Shown one piece after another: positions 27,247 through 36,117 of a stretch of DNA of 64,000 nucleotides; the first letter of the stretch is position 1; every line of letters starts with the position of its first letter. The notes beneath the pieces were generated by a model. The model ran no database searches. It worked only from the letters and a program-made list of their open reading frames with translations, and was not told where the DNA came from. The stretch comes from Candidatus Sericytochromatia bacterium. Lineage in GTDB: Bacteria > Cyanobacteriota > Sericytochromatia > S15B-MN24 > VGJW01. The position numbers and the translations under genes are program-made. The stretch spans positions 1-64,000 of the forward strand of contig JAYKHS010000030.1 of assembly GCA_035285865.1 (NCBI GenBank), given 5' to 3'.

Positions 27247-28240
27247 AACGGCACTCGTCCTGATGGGCCTGGTGGTTTTCCTGGCTCTGGCCTTCGACTT
27301 CATCAACGGTTTCCACGACACGGCCAACGCCATCGCGTGCTCGGTATCGACAGGGGTGCTGACGCCTCGCCTGGCCATCATCCTCGCGGCCATCATGAAC
27401 CTCGCCGGGGCGATGTGGTCGACCAAGGTCGCAGCCACGATCGGCAAGGGCATCATCGATCCGGCGATGGCGAGTTCCTCGTTGGTGATTGCGGCTCTGG
27501 TCTCCGCCATCGGCTGGAACTTGCTGACGTGGTGGTGGGGGCTGCCCTCCAGCAGCAGCCATGCGCTCATCGGCGGGGTCATGGGGGCTGCGGTGGCCGG
27601 CCATGGCCTCGGTGCGCTCAAGGTGGCCGGCATCCTCAAGATCGTCCAGTCCCTGATCGCCTCTCCTGTCCTCGGCTTCGTGTTGGCCGTGTCCCTCATG
27701 ATCGGGCTGTTCTGGATGTTCAGGCGCTGGGTGCCCAGCGCCGTCAAGGCGACATTCAGACCGCTGCAGATTCTGGCTGCCGCGTTTATCTCCTTCACCC
27801 ATGGGGCGAACGATGCCCAGAAGAGCATGGGCATCATCCTGCTGGCCCTCATCGGGGCCCACCACTTGCAGGCGGGTGCGGGCGTCCCCTTCTGGGTCAA
27901 GGTCTCCTGTGCGCTTGCGATGGCCCTCGGTACCTCCGTCGGCGGCTGGAAGATCATCAAGACCATGGGCTCCCGGGTGACGCGCCTCGAGCCCATCAAC
28001 GGGTTTGCTGCCGATCTTGCCTCGGCTTCGATCATCCTCTCCGCGACGCACTTGGGCCTCCCGGTCTCGACGACCCATGTGGCGGCAAGTTCGATCATGG
28101 GCGTGGGATCGGCGCGCCGCGTCAGTGCCGTGCGCTGGGGCAAGGCCGGTGAGATGTTCGTGGCCTGGATCATCACGATTCCCATTACCTCGGCCATCGC
28201 GGCCCTCGTCTTCCTGATCGCGCGGATGCTGGTGGGTTAG
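27239..28240 (+). CDS. pit: Inorganic phosphate transporter, PiT family (333 aa)
   Basis: NGFHDTANAIA, GLPSSSSHAL, HGANDAQK, GLPVSTTH signatures. Confidence 0.93.
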   Translation: MPETALVLMGLVVFLALAFDFINGFHDTANAIACSVSTGVLTPRLAIILAAIMNLAGAMWSTKVAATIGKGIIDPAMASSSLVIAALVSAIGWNLLTWWWGLPSSSSHALIGGVMGAAVAGHGLGALKVAGILKIVQSLIASPVLGFVLAVSLMIGLFWMFRRWVPSAVKATFRPLQILAAAFISFTHGANDAQKSMGIILLALIGAHHLQAGAGVPFWVKVSCALAMALGTSVGGWKIIKTMGSRVTRLEPINGFAADLASASIILSATHLGLPVSTTHVAASSIMGVGSARRVSAVRWGKAGEMFVAWIITIPITSAIAALVFLIARMLVG

Positions 28241-28244
28241 GGCA

Positions 28245-31160
28245 GTGACTCCCGGCGTCCCCGGTTCCTGGCCGCGTCAGGTCAGCCCGTACGTCGCTCG
28301 GGAGCGCTTGCTCGAGCGGATCTCGGGCCACGAGGCGGGTGCCCGAATCGAACTGGTGGCGGGGGCCGGAGGCGGGAAGACCGTGCTCGCCACGGACTGG
28401 GCCACGCGCTGGCGTGGACCGGTTGTCTGGTTGTCGCTCGGTAGCAGGCACGCCGACCCTCAGGCGATGGCCTCCGCCCTGTGTGCTGCGGCGCGTCGTA
28501 TCCAGTCAGGTGTCGACCTCGCCGCCCAAGAGTTGCTGGCGCGGCTGGGCGGAGCTCAGGATCACGGGCGCGAGGCACTCTGGGCACTCGCGGCCGATGT
28601 CCCGGAAGACCAGGCTTGGGCCTGGATTGTGGATGGTATCGAAACCCTCCCCGAGGGAGCGGCTGCTGCCGTCCTGCTCGATGTCTTCCTTGACGCGCTG
28701 CCCGAGTGCCACGGGATTCTGCTGTCGGGACGACAGCGTCCGGTCGGCACCGGGTGGCGCAAGGCGCGGCTCGAGGGCCGCGTGACGGAGATCGGGGGCG
28801 GAGACCTGCAGTTCACGCGCGCGGAGATTGCCGAACTGGCCTCGGCGCTCGGGCGCTCCGGGGATGCCACGGCGATCGAGCGGGTCTGGCGCCGGACCTC
28901 GGGCTGGCCGCTGGGGGTCTCGCTGGCGCTCAGGGGCGACGCGGAGCGCCTCGCTTCCGACCTCGAGGGTTATCTGGTCGACGAGGTCCTTTCGGGGCTG
29001 CCTGACGAAACCGCCGTTCTGTTGGAGACCCTGGCCCCTTTGGAGCGGATTCCTCCCTCGCTGGTGCTGGGCCTGGGGGCACGCGCCACGGCCGCCCGCA
29101 TGGCCGATCTGGTACAGCTCGGGTTGTTGTTGCCCCCAGCGGGTGACGATGCCTTCGTCCTGCCCGAGGCCCTCAGGGAAGTCCTGCTTGCGCGGTTGGA
29201 CGCTCGAGGCGCGCGAGAAGCGGCCTGCAGGGCTCTGCTGACGCTGTTGCTGGAGGCTGGTCTCGATGACGAGGCCTATCGTCTGGCCAGGGCCGTCGGG
29301 GATCGTGAACTGGCCGTGACCTTGCTGGCGCGGCTTGCTCCCGGATGGTTGGCAGAGGGGCATTGGCATCGCGCGAGGACCGAACTGGAAGCGCTCGAAG
29401 CCACCGGATCTGAGCCGAGCGTGGCCTTGCGCTGGCTCCGCGCCGAACTGGCACGCGCGGAAGGCCGGTATCCGGAGGCCTTGCGCGCCTTGGACAAGGC
29501 CGAGACGTGCCACGATGCGTTGCCGCCGTGGCCTGCGTTGCTGCTGGTTGCCCGGGCGGGCGTGCATCTGGAGACGGTGGAGCCGTTGGCTGCCGCTGCA
29601 GCCCTCGACAGGGCCCAGCAACTGGCCGGTGAGGGCGGGCTCTCCACGGCACTTCAACTGGCGCGGGCGGAAAATGCTCTGAACCTCGGTATGCCCGGAG
29701 AGGCTGCCGCGATACTGGCCGGGATGGATGGCGAGACGCCTGAGGTGCGTCTCGTGCGCGCCCGGCTGGCACTTCGGACAGGCCGGTTGGCCGAGGCATC
29801 CCGTTTGCTGCCATCCGTCGCGGTGCTTTCCGGCCGGGGCGGTCACCGCAATCCGGCCCTGCTGGACGCTCTGGTGGGTGCCTTGACCGGTCGCGAGACC
29901 GAGGCGCTGGAACGGGCGGAGGCCGTGATCGCCGCCGCCGAGCGTGCCGCTTCCCCGGTGACCCGCGTCGTGGCTCTGACGCGTGCCGGCCATGCCCTTG
30001 CCGCGCTGGCACGAGGTCGCGAGGCCGCTGCGCGCTACGAAGAGGCCTTGCGGATGGTTGCGCGCCTTGGTGTGCCGCGCCTGGGGGCAGAGGCAGAGTT
30101 GGGCCTCGGGATGCTGGCGGGGCAACGGGACGCGGCGCTGGTTCGCATCGACCGCGCAGCCGAACTGGGCCGGCAGACGGGAGATGCGTGGTTCGAGGCG
30201 CTTGCCGCGACGGCCGCTGCCCTCGTCGACCCCGGGGATGATCGACGTGAAGCGGCCATGCTGTTGGCCGATCGGGTCGGGGATCCCTGGTTGGCCGGAC
30301 TGCCGGCATCCGGGGGGGCAGGGTGGCTGCGCACGCCATCCCGCGAGGCCTCCCTCGGTGGTGCACGGCCCGGGTTGATGATCCGCACGTTCGGGGGCCT
30401 CGTGGTCCAGCGCGAGGGTCAGGCCATCCCGTCAAAGGCGTGGACGCGCGACAAGGCTCGCCAGCTGCTGGCCGTGCTCGCGGCTCATCCGGACGAGGTC
30501 CTGCCTAAGGTGCGCCTGATCGATCTGCTCTGGCCGGACATGGAGCCCGAGCAGGCGGATGGCACCTTCCGTGTGGTGCTCAATGCCTTGCAGCGCATCG
30601 TGGAGCCGGAGCGGGCAGCCAAGACCGAACCCCGTTTCATCCGCAGGGAGGGGCCGGGTTATCGCCTTGCCGATGCACCGGACGTCGAGGTCGACATCCG
30701 GTCGCTTGGCCGTCTGCTCGAACAGGCCCTCAGTCTGCCTGATGACGACCCGGCCCTTCTGCCCTTGCTGGCGCGCATCCCGTCCTGGGCTCCGGGGCCG
30801 TTTCTGCCCGAGATGCTGCTGGACGAACCCTGGTGCGATCGGCTGCGGGATCAGTTCGAGACGACCCTCGTGGCTGCGGGCTTGCGTTGGGCGCGTTTGG
30901 CCTGGCAGGCTGAGGACATGGCCATGGCGGGGGCTGCCGCGGCCTTTCTCGTGGGCCGTGACCCTGCGCTCGAGGAGGCATGGCGCCTCTGGATGGCCGT
31001 GCAGGCGAGGCTCGGGGAGCGATCCCTAGCTTTGCGGACGTGGGATCGTTGCGTGGCTGCCATGGCACGCGAGCTGGACGCCGTTCCCGAGCGGGCCACC
31101 GAGGAGCTGGCGGAGGCCATCCGGGCGGGCCGTCCGCTGCCGGACCCCTGGGTGGCGTAA
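28245..31160 (+). CDS. Large transcriptional activator: MalT-like NTPase, TPR region, C-terminal OmpR-type winged helix and BTAD (SARP) (971 aa)
   Basis: P-loop AGAGGGKT, VVWLSL, TSGWPLG; C-terminal IRTFGGLVV..WTRDKARQLL..LWPD..DPALEEAWRLWM..ELDAVP. Confidence 0.88.
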   Translation: MTPGVPGSWPRQVSPYVARERLLERISGHEAGARIELVAGAGGGKTVLATDWATRWRGPVVWLSLGSRHADPQAMASALCAAARRIQSGVDLAAQELLARLGGAQDHGREALWALAADVPEDQAWAWIVDGIETLPEGAAAAVLLDVFLDALPECHGILLSGRQRPVGTGWRKARLEGRVTEIGGGDLQFTRAEIAELASALGRSGDATAIERVWRRTSGWPLGVSLALRGDAERLASDLEGYLVDEVLSGLPDETAVLLETLAPLERIPPSLVLGLGARATAARMADLVQLGLLLPPAGDDAFVLPEALREVLLARLDARGAREAACRALLTLLLEAGLDDEAYRLARAVGDRELAVTLLARLAPGWLAEGHWHRARTELEALEATGSEPSVALRWLRAELARAEGRYPEALRALDKAETCHDALPPWPALLLVARAGVHLETVEPLAAAAALDRAQQLAGEGGLSTALQLARAENALNLGMPGEAAAILAGMDGETPEVRLVRARLALRTGRLAEASRLLPSVAVLSGRGGHRNPALLDALVGALTGRETEALERAEAVIAAAERAASPVTRVVALTRAGHALAALARGREAAARYEEALRMVARLGVPRLGAEAELGLGMLAGQRDAALVRIDRAAELGRQTGDAWFEALAATAAALVDPGDDRREAAMLLADRVGDPWLAGLPASGGAGWLRTPSREASLGGARPGLMIRTFGGLVVQREGQAIPSKAWTRDKARQLLAVLAAHPDEVLPKVRLIDLLWPDMEPEQADGTFRVVLNALQRIVEPERAAKTEPRFIRREGPGYRLADAPDVEVDIRSLGRLLEQALSLPDDDPALLPLLARIPSWAPGPFLPEMLLDEPWCDRLRDQFETTLVAAGLRWARLAWQAEDMAMAGAAAAFLVGRDPALEEAWRLWMAVQARLGERSLALRTWDRCVAAMARELDAVPERATEELAEAIRAGRPLPDPWVA

Positions 31161-31172
31161 CGGACGTGTAAC
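31156..31172 (+). promoter_or_regulatory. TGTAAC direct-repeat site 3
   Basis: CGTAAC 31156-61 and TGTAAC 31167-72; overlaps the regulator's TAA stop; upstream of the acyl-CoA ligase. Confidence 0.62.
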
Positions 31173-31210
31173 GGCGTGGGTCCAAGGTGGGTTCACAGGA
31201 GGACCGACCG

Positions 31211-32755
31211 ATGGCTCTGGGACGCTGGCTGGACCGCTGGGGCACCTATGCTCCGAACAAGACCGCCCTCGTGGATGCCCACACCGGCAGGCGCTGGAGT
31301 TACGAGGCTCTGGCATTCAGGGTCCGCAAGCTGGCCGGTGCACTGGCTGCACGCTGGGGTGTCGGCCCGGGGGACAGGGTGGCGGTGCTGGCGCACAACA
31401 CGCCTGAAACGCTGGAGTTGCTCTTTGCGTGTGCCCGTCTCGGGGCCATCCTCGTCCCCGTCAACTTCCGCCTCGCTTCGGCCGAGGTGGCCTATGTCCT
31501 CGGTGATGCCGAGCCCCGGGTGCTGTTCTACGGTCCGGAATGCCGCGAACTGGCATGGCAGGCGCTGGCACTCCAGCCTGGTGCACAGCCGATTCCCTTC
31601 GTGGCGGACCGCGAAGAGGAGGCTTATTCGGATGTCCTGGCCTCCGGGACCGAGATCTCCGGCCGCGAGGTCGGTGCCGATGATCCGCTGCTGATTCTCT
31701 ACACGTCGGGCACGACGGGCCGTCCCAAGGGTGCCGTCCTGACCCACGGTACCGTCACGTGGAACGCGGTCAACACCCAGGTCGGTTGGGACCTGCGCCA
31801 CGACGACATCACGCTGACGCACACCCCCTTCTTCCATACCGGAGGATTGAACGTCCTGACCACACCCCTGTTTCACATCGGCGGCACGGTCGTGATGCAG
31901 CGGTCCTTCGATGCGGCCGAGGCGCTCGCGCTGGTGGCGCGGGAGCGTTGCACGGTGCTCTTCGCCGTCCCCACGATGTTCCAGATGATGGCCGAGGCAC
32001 CCGGGTTCACCGAGGCGGATCTTTCGAGCGTGCGCTTCTTCATTACCGGTGGAGCGCCGTGTCCCGTGCCGCTGATTCACCTCTACGACACCCGCGGCAT
32101 CGTCTTCAAGCAGGGCTATGGCCTGACGGAGGCGGGCCCCAACTGCTTCACGCTGGATGCCCGGGATGCCGTCCGCAAGGCCGGTACCGTCGGGTTCCCC
32201 AACATGCACGTGGAGATTCGCGTCGTCGACGAGGAGGGGCGCGACGTGCCTCGGGGTGATGTCGGGGAGTTGCTCATCCGCGGGCCCCATGTATTCCCGG
32301 GCTATTGGCGCAACGAGCAGGCGACGCAGGCTGCCTTGCGGGATGGTTGGCTGCACACGGGCGATCTGGTCTGCCAGGACGACGAAGGCTACATGCGCAT
32401 CGTCGATCGCAAGAAGGACATGTATATCTCCGGTGGCGAGAACGTCTATCCTGCCGAGGTGGAGCGGGTCCTGCTCCAGCACCCTGCCGTGCGCGAGGTG
32501 GCCGTCATCGGGGTCCCTGACGCCAAGTGGGGTGAGGTCGGCCGGGCCTTCGTGGCGCTGGAGGCCGGGATGAAGGTGTCCGCGACCGAACTCGATGCGT
32601 GGCTTTCGGGGCAACTGGCCCGCTACAAGGTGCCGCGCAGCTATGCCTTCCCGACGGCCCTGCCCCGCACCGCCACCGGCAAGGTCCACAAGCCCGGACT
32701 CTCCGGCCTGGACCTCGAGTGCCACGTTGCCGATCGTCCCCGTACCCGCGCCTGA
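31211..32755 (+). CDS. Acyl-CoA synthetase / fatty-acid-CoA ligase (514 aa)
   Basis: RBS AGGAGG before ATG 31211; YTSGTTGRPKG, GYGLTE, GWLHTGD, TATGKV. Confidence 0.93.
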   Translation: MALGRWLDRWGTYAPNKTALVDAHTGRRWSYEALAFRVRKLAGALAARWGVGPGDRVAVLAHNTPETLELLFACARLGAILVPVNFRLASAEVAYVLGDAEPRVLFYGPECRELAWQALALQPGAQPIPFVADREEEAYSDVLASGTEISGREVGADDPLLILYTSGTTGRPKGAVLTHGTVTWNAVNTQVGWDLRHDDITLTHTPFFHTGGLNVLTTPLFHIGGTVVMQRSFDAAEALALVARERCTVLFAVPTMFQMMAEAPGFTEADLSSVRFFITGGAPCPVPLIHLYDTRGIVFKQGYGLTEAGPNCFTLDARDAVRKAGTVGFPNMHVEIRVVDEEGRDVPRGDVGELLIRGPHVFPGYWRNEQATQAALRDGWLHTGDLVCQDDEGYMRIVDRKKDMYISGGENVYPAEVERVLLQHPAVREVAVIGVPDAKWGEVGRAFVALEAGMKVSATELDAWLSGQLARYKVPRSYAFPTALPRTATGKVHKPGLSGLDLECHVADRPRTRA

Positions 32756-32782
32756 AGCGCATCACGCAAGGAATCGTTCATC

Positions 32783-33529
32783 ATGACCACGCTCGCTTCC
32801 CACGTTGCCCTCGTCACCGGCGGTGCCCGGGGCATCGGTCGTGCCACCGCAGCCGCCCTGGCCGGGGCCGGGGCCCGGGTTTCCGTCTGGGATCGGGATG
32901 CCGCAGCCGTGGATGAGGCCGTTGCCGCCCTCGCCGCAGCCGGTCATGACGTCACCGGCATGGCCGTGGACGTCACGGACCGGACGTCGGTGCAGGAGGC
33001 CGTCGCGCGGCTTGCCGAGGCAGAGGGACGGCTCGACATCGTCGTCAACAATGCAGGCATCACCATGGATGCGCGCCTCGAGAAGATGACGGAAGCACAA
33101 TTCGATACGGTCATCGACGTCAATCTCAAGGGCGTGTTCAATGTGACGCAGGCGGCCATCGGGCCCATGATCACCGCAGGCAACGGGGGGGTCGTCCTCA
33201 ATGCGTCCAGCATCGTGGGTCGTTTCGGCAACTTCGGACAGACGAACTATGCGGCCACCAAGGCCGGAGTCATCGCGATGACGCAGACCTGGGCGCGCGA
33301 ACTTGCCAAGCATCGCATTCGCGTCAACGCCGTGGCCCCCGGTTTCGTCCTGACGGACATGACCGGGAAGATGCCCGAGAAGGTCCTCGGGATGATGGCA
33401 GACAAGACTCCGCTCGGCAGACTGGGAAGCCCCGAGGACATTGCGGCGGCCTACCTCTTCCTTGCGGGGCCCGGTGCGTCGTTCATCACGGGCCAGGTGC
33501 TCGGGGTCGATGGAGGACTGGTCCTGTGA
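32783..33529 (+). CDS. Beta-ketoacyl reductase (FabG / PhaB-type SDR; 248 aa)
   Basis: TGGARGIG, NNAGI, NFGQTNYAATKAG (YxxxK), NAVAPGF. Confidence 0.9.
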   Translation: MTTLASHVALVTGGARGIGRATAAALAGAGARVSVWDRDAAAVDEAVAALAAAGHDVTGMAVDVTDRTSVQEAVARLAEAEGRLDIVVNNAGITMDARLEKMTEAQFDTVIDVNLKGVFNVTQAAIGPMITAGNGGVVLNASSIVGRFGNFGQTNYAATKAGVIAMTQTWARELAKHRIRVNAVAPGFVLTDMTGKMPEKVLGMMADKTPLGRLGSPEDIAAAYLFLAGPGASFITGQVLGVDGGLVL

Positions 33530-34788
33530 CGACGGGCCTCGTCCCGGCCACGGTGCCGGCGGGCGGGCACGCCGCCCGATGGCTGGTCGAGGCACTCATG
33601 TTCCTGACCTATGCGGCCTTCGGTCTGTCATGGGTCGCGACGACGCCGCTGATGGCGGACCTCAAGGTCGCCTATGGGCTTACGGATGCCCAATTGGGCC
33701 TGCTGTCGACCGCCGTGTCGATCGGCAAGGTCGTGGCACCGCTGCTGACCGCCTGGCTGGCTTTGCGCGTCGGGGTCGCCCGTGCCATCGGCATCGGGTC
33801 GATCCTGATCTGCGCGTGTGCGTTGACGCCTCTGACGACGGAGTTCGGAGGCTTCCTCATCACCCGTTTCGTCTTCGGGCTGGGCGGGGCCATGGTCGTC
33901 ACGCTGCTGTCCCCGATGGTGATGCAATGGTTCGGTCACGCAGAACGGGCGCTGGTCAATTCGATCAACAACGTGGCCGTCAACACCGGCATCACCGTGA
34001 CCCTCTTCGCGACCGTTCCCTTGTCCGAAGCACTTGGCTGGCGTCGCACGCTCATGGTCTACGCCGCCGTCTCGCTGGCGCTGTGCTTGGCCTGGTGGCT
34101 CTTCGGCAAGGATGCCCCCGGCGAGGCCGCCCCCGGCGAGGCCGCCCCCTCGTCTCCGCAATCCGGCACGGCCGGGGATGAGGCTGCCCCGGGCTATGGC
34201 GACGTCTGGCGGCGCACCGAGACGTGGCTGGTCGCCCTCGCGTTCGCCGGTCCTCTGGCCCTGTACCTGTCGCTCAACACCTGGTTGCCCCGACACCTCA
34301 TGGAGACGGCCCACCTCACCAAGGCGACCGCGAGCCAATACACGGGCCTGTTCAACCTGGTCGGGATACCGACCGCACTCGTCATGGGCGTGCTGGTCCA
34401 GCGCGTCGGCCTGAGGCGTCCCTTCATCATCGCGGCTGGGGTGGTCATGGGCCTGGCTTCGCTCGCGCTGGTCTTTGGCGGCAGCCCTGTCTTCTGGTGG
34501 CCGGCGGCCATTCTGCTGGGAATTTCCTTCTTTACCTACACGGGACCGCTCTTCACCCTGCCGATGGAACTGGAGGGCTTCACGCCTCGGCACGTGACGC
34601 TGCTGATGGGGACAGTGTTCAGCTTTGCCTACACGGTCTCGTCCTTTGCCCCAGTGGCTGTCGGTTACCTTCGGGACCTGACGGACTCATTCCTGCCAGG
34701 GCTGGGCATGTGGTGCGTCTTCTCGTTCGTGTTGGCCGGTGCGGGGATGCTCCTGCCCGAGACAGGGCGAAGGACTGCGACGAACTGA
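33526..34788 (+). CDS. MFS transporter (CynX/NimT-like; 420 aa)
   Basis: About 12 hydrophobic helices; RFVFGLG and QRVGLRRP MFS loop motifs; GTGA overlap with the SDR. Confidence 0.85.
   Translation: MTTGLVPATVPAGGHAARWLVEALMFLTYAAFGLSWVATTPLMADLKVAYGLTDAQLGLLSTAVSIGKVVAPLLTAWLALRVGVARAIGIGSILICACALTPLTTEFGGFLITRFVFGLGGAMVVTLLSPMVMQWFGHAERALVNSINNVAVNTGITVTLFATVPLSEALGWRRTLMVYAAVSLALCLAWWLFGKDAPGEAAPGEAAPSSPQSGTAGDEAAPGYGDVWRRTETWLVALAFAGPLALYLSLNTWLPRHLMETAHLTKATASQYTGLFNLVGIPTALVMGVLVQRVGLRRPFIIAAGVVMGLASLALVFGGSPVFWWPAAILLGISFFTYTGPLFTLPMELEGFTPRHVTLLMGTVFSFAYTVSSFAPVAVGYLRDLTDSFLPGLGMWCVFSFVLAGAGMLLPETGRRTATN
34114..34149 (+). repeat. In-frame 15-bp tandem repeat (APGEA x2.4) in the MFS central loop
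   Basis: GCCCCCGGCGAGGCC x2 + GCCCCC. Confidence 0.8.
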
Positions 34789-34833
34789 GCGTGGCCGGCT
34801 CAAGGGGCGCGCTTGTCCCAGCCATGGCATACT

Positions 34834-34852
34834 AATGCAACATGCTTGCATT
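34834..34852. promoter_or_regulatory. Fur-family (Zur/Mur-like) operator palindrome
   Basis: AATGCAA-CATGC-TTGCATT, perfect 7-5-7 inverted repeat just after TGgCATACT, at the head of a metal-uptake operon. Confidence 0.7.
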
Positions 34853-36107
34853 TATGCTGCCAGCTTTTCTGCTGGCCCAGACACCGGCTGCGCCGGATGC
34901 CGGGGCTGACCCTGAGCTGGAAGAGGCGCTGGGAGGGGACGCCCGAGTCCTGAAGGGGCGGACGGTTCCGGTCATGGCCGATCCGGCCGCCTCGGCCGAC
35001 CCTTCCGGGATGTCCGACGACGGCAGCGTAACGACCAGCCCCCTGATGCCGTGGCCTACGGGCCAGGGCGCTGGCGGCGGTGCTTCGGGCAATCCGGATC
35101 TGTCGTTCATCCTAGACGTGGCTGCGGCCATGTTCGATACGGAGCGCGGTCGCCAACTCGGGGCGCACGATCCGCGTGAGCCCGGCTTCAACCTGCAGCA
35201 ACTGGAACTTTCCATCGGCTCGGCCGTGGATCCATTTTCGCGCTTTGACGGCAATCTCGTCTTCTCGCCCTTCGGCGTCGAGATCGAAGAAGCCTATGCC
35301 ACCACAACGGCGTTGAGTTCGGGCCTGCAACTCAGGGCCGGACAGTTCCTGACGCGATTCGGGCGGTCCAATGCCACGCATCCCCACACGTGGGACTTCG
35401 TGGACCAGCCCTTGTGGATGGGCAAGTTCTTCGGCGGTGAAGGCAACCGGGGCCTCGGAGCCGAAGGCTCGGTCCTGCTGCCCTTGCCGTGGTACGTCGA
35501 GGCCGTCGCCTCCGTGACGGATGCGCGGGGTGCCGCGACGAACCGCACGTTCCTGGGCACCCGTCTCGAGCCACCGCGGTCGCCGTTGGACCTGCTGGCC
35601 GTCGGTGCCGTGAAGCAGTTCTTTCCGTTGGCACGTGACTGGTCGCTTTCGGCCGGCGTATCGGGTGCATCGGGCCCATCGGCCCTCGGTGCGCGGGATC
35701 GCGCCGATCTGCTGGGCACGGACGTGTACCTTCGGTATCGTCCGCTCGAGGCCGGAGATCCCACGGTCGTCACCCTGTTGCTTGAGGGGGCGCATCGTCG
35801 TCGCCAGGGGCCCGGCGTGCTGCTCGAGGATACGGGCTGGACGCTTGCCGGCGTCTGGCGTTTCGACTTCCGCTGGGGGGCTGGCCTGCGGTTGGAGCAG
35901 GTTTCGGGCCTGTCCTCGGATCCGCTCGACCCGTCGTGGACGGGGACGCGGCGTCGTCTGAGCGCCCAGTTGACGTTCTGGCCATCCGAATTCTCGCGGA
36001 TTCGCGGCCAACTGGCCCGTGACGAGGCCGTCGGCCTGCCGGTGAGCCACGCCGCCTTCCTCGCACTCGAGACCGTCGTGGGAGCGCACGGCTCCCACGC
36101 CTACTAG
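34842..36107 (+). CDS. Outer-membrane beta-barrel / porin-like metal uptake protein (421 aa)
   Basis: FNLQQLELSIGSAVDP, EIEEAY, HPHTWDF, PSEFSRIRGQ, terminal GAHGSHAY; upstream of a znuA-like gene; alternative start 34854. Confidence 0.8.
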   Translation: MLAFMLPAFLLAQTPAAPDAGADPELEEALGGDARVLKGRTVPVMADPAASADPSGMSDDGSVTTSPLMPWPTGQGAGGGASGNPDLSFILDVAAAMFDTERGRQLGAHDPREPGFNLQQLELSIGSAVDPFSRFDGNLVFSPFGVEIEEAYATTTALSSGLQLRAGQFLTRFGRSNATHPHTWDFVDQPLWMGKFFGGEGNRGLGAEGSVLLPLPWYVEAVASVTDARGAATNRTFLGTRLEPPRSPLDLLAVGAVKQFFPLARDWSLSAGVSGASGPSALGARDRADLLGTDVYLRYRPLEAGDPTVVTLLLEGAHRRRQGPGVLLEDTGWTLAGVWRFDFRWGAGLRLEQVSGLSSDPLDPSWTGTRRRLSAQLTFWPSEFSRIRGQLARDEAVGLPVSHAAFLALETVVGAHGSHAY

Positions 36108-36117
36108 GAGACTTGCC

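Noticed and set aside
31211..32755. menE (o-succinylbenzoate-CoA ligase)
   Set aside because: No other men genes nearby; context favours a fatty- or hydroxy-acid CoA ligase, so no symbol was assigned.
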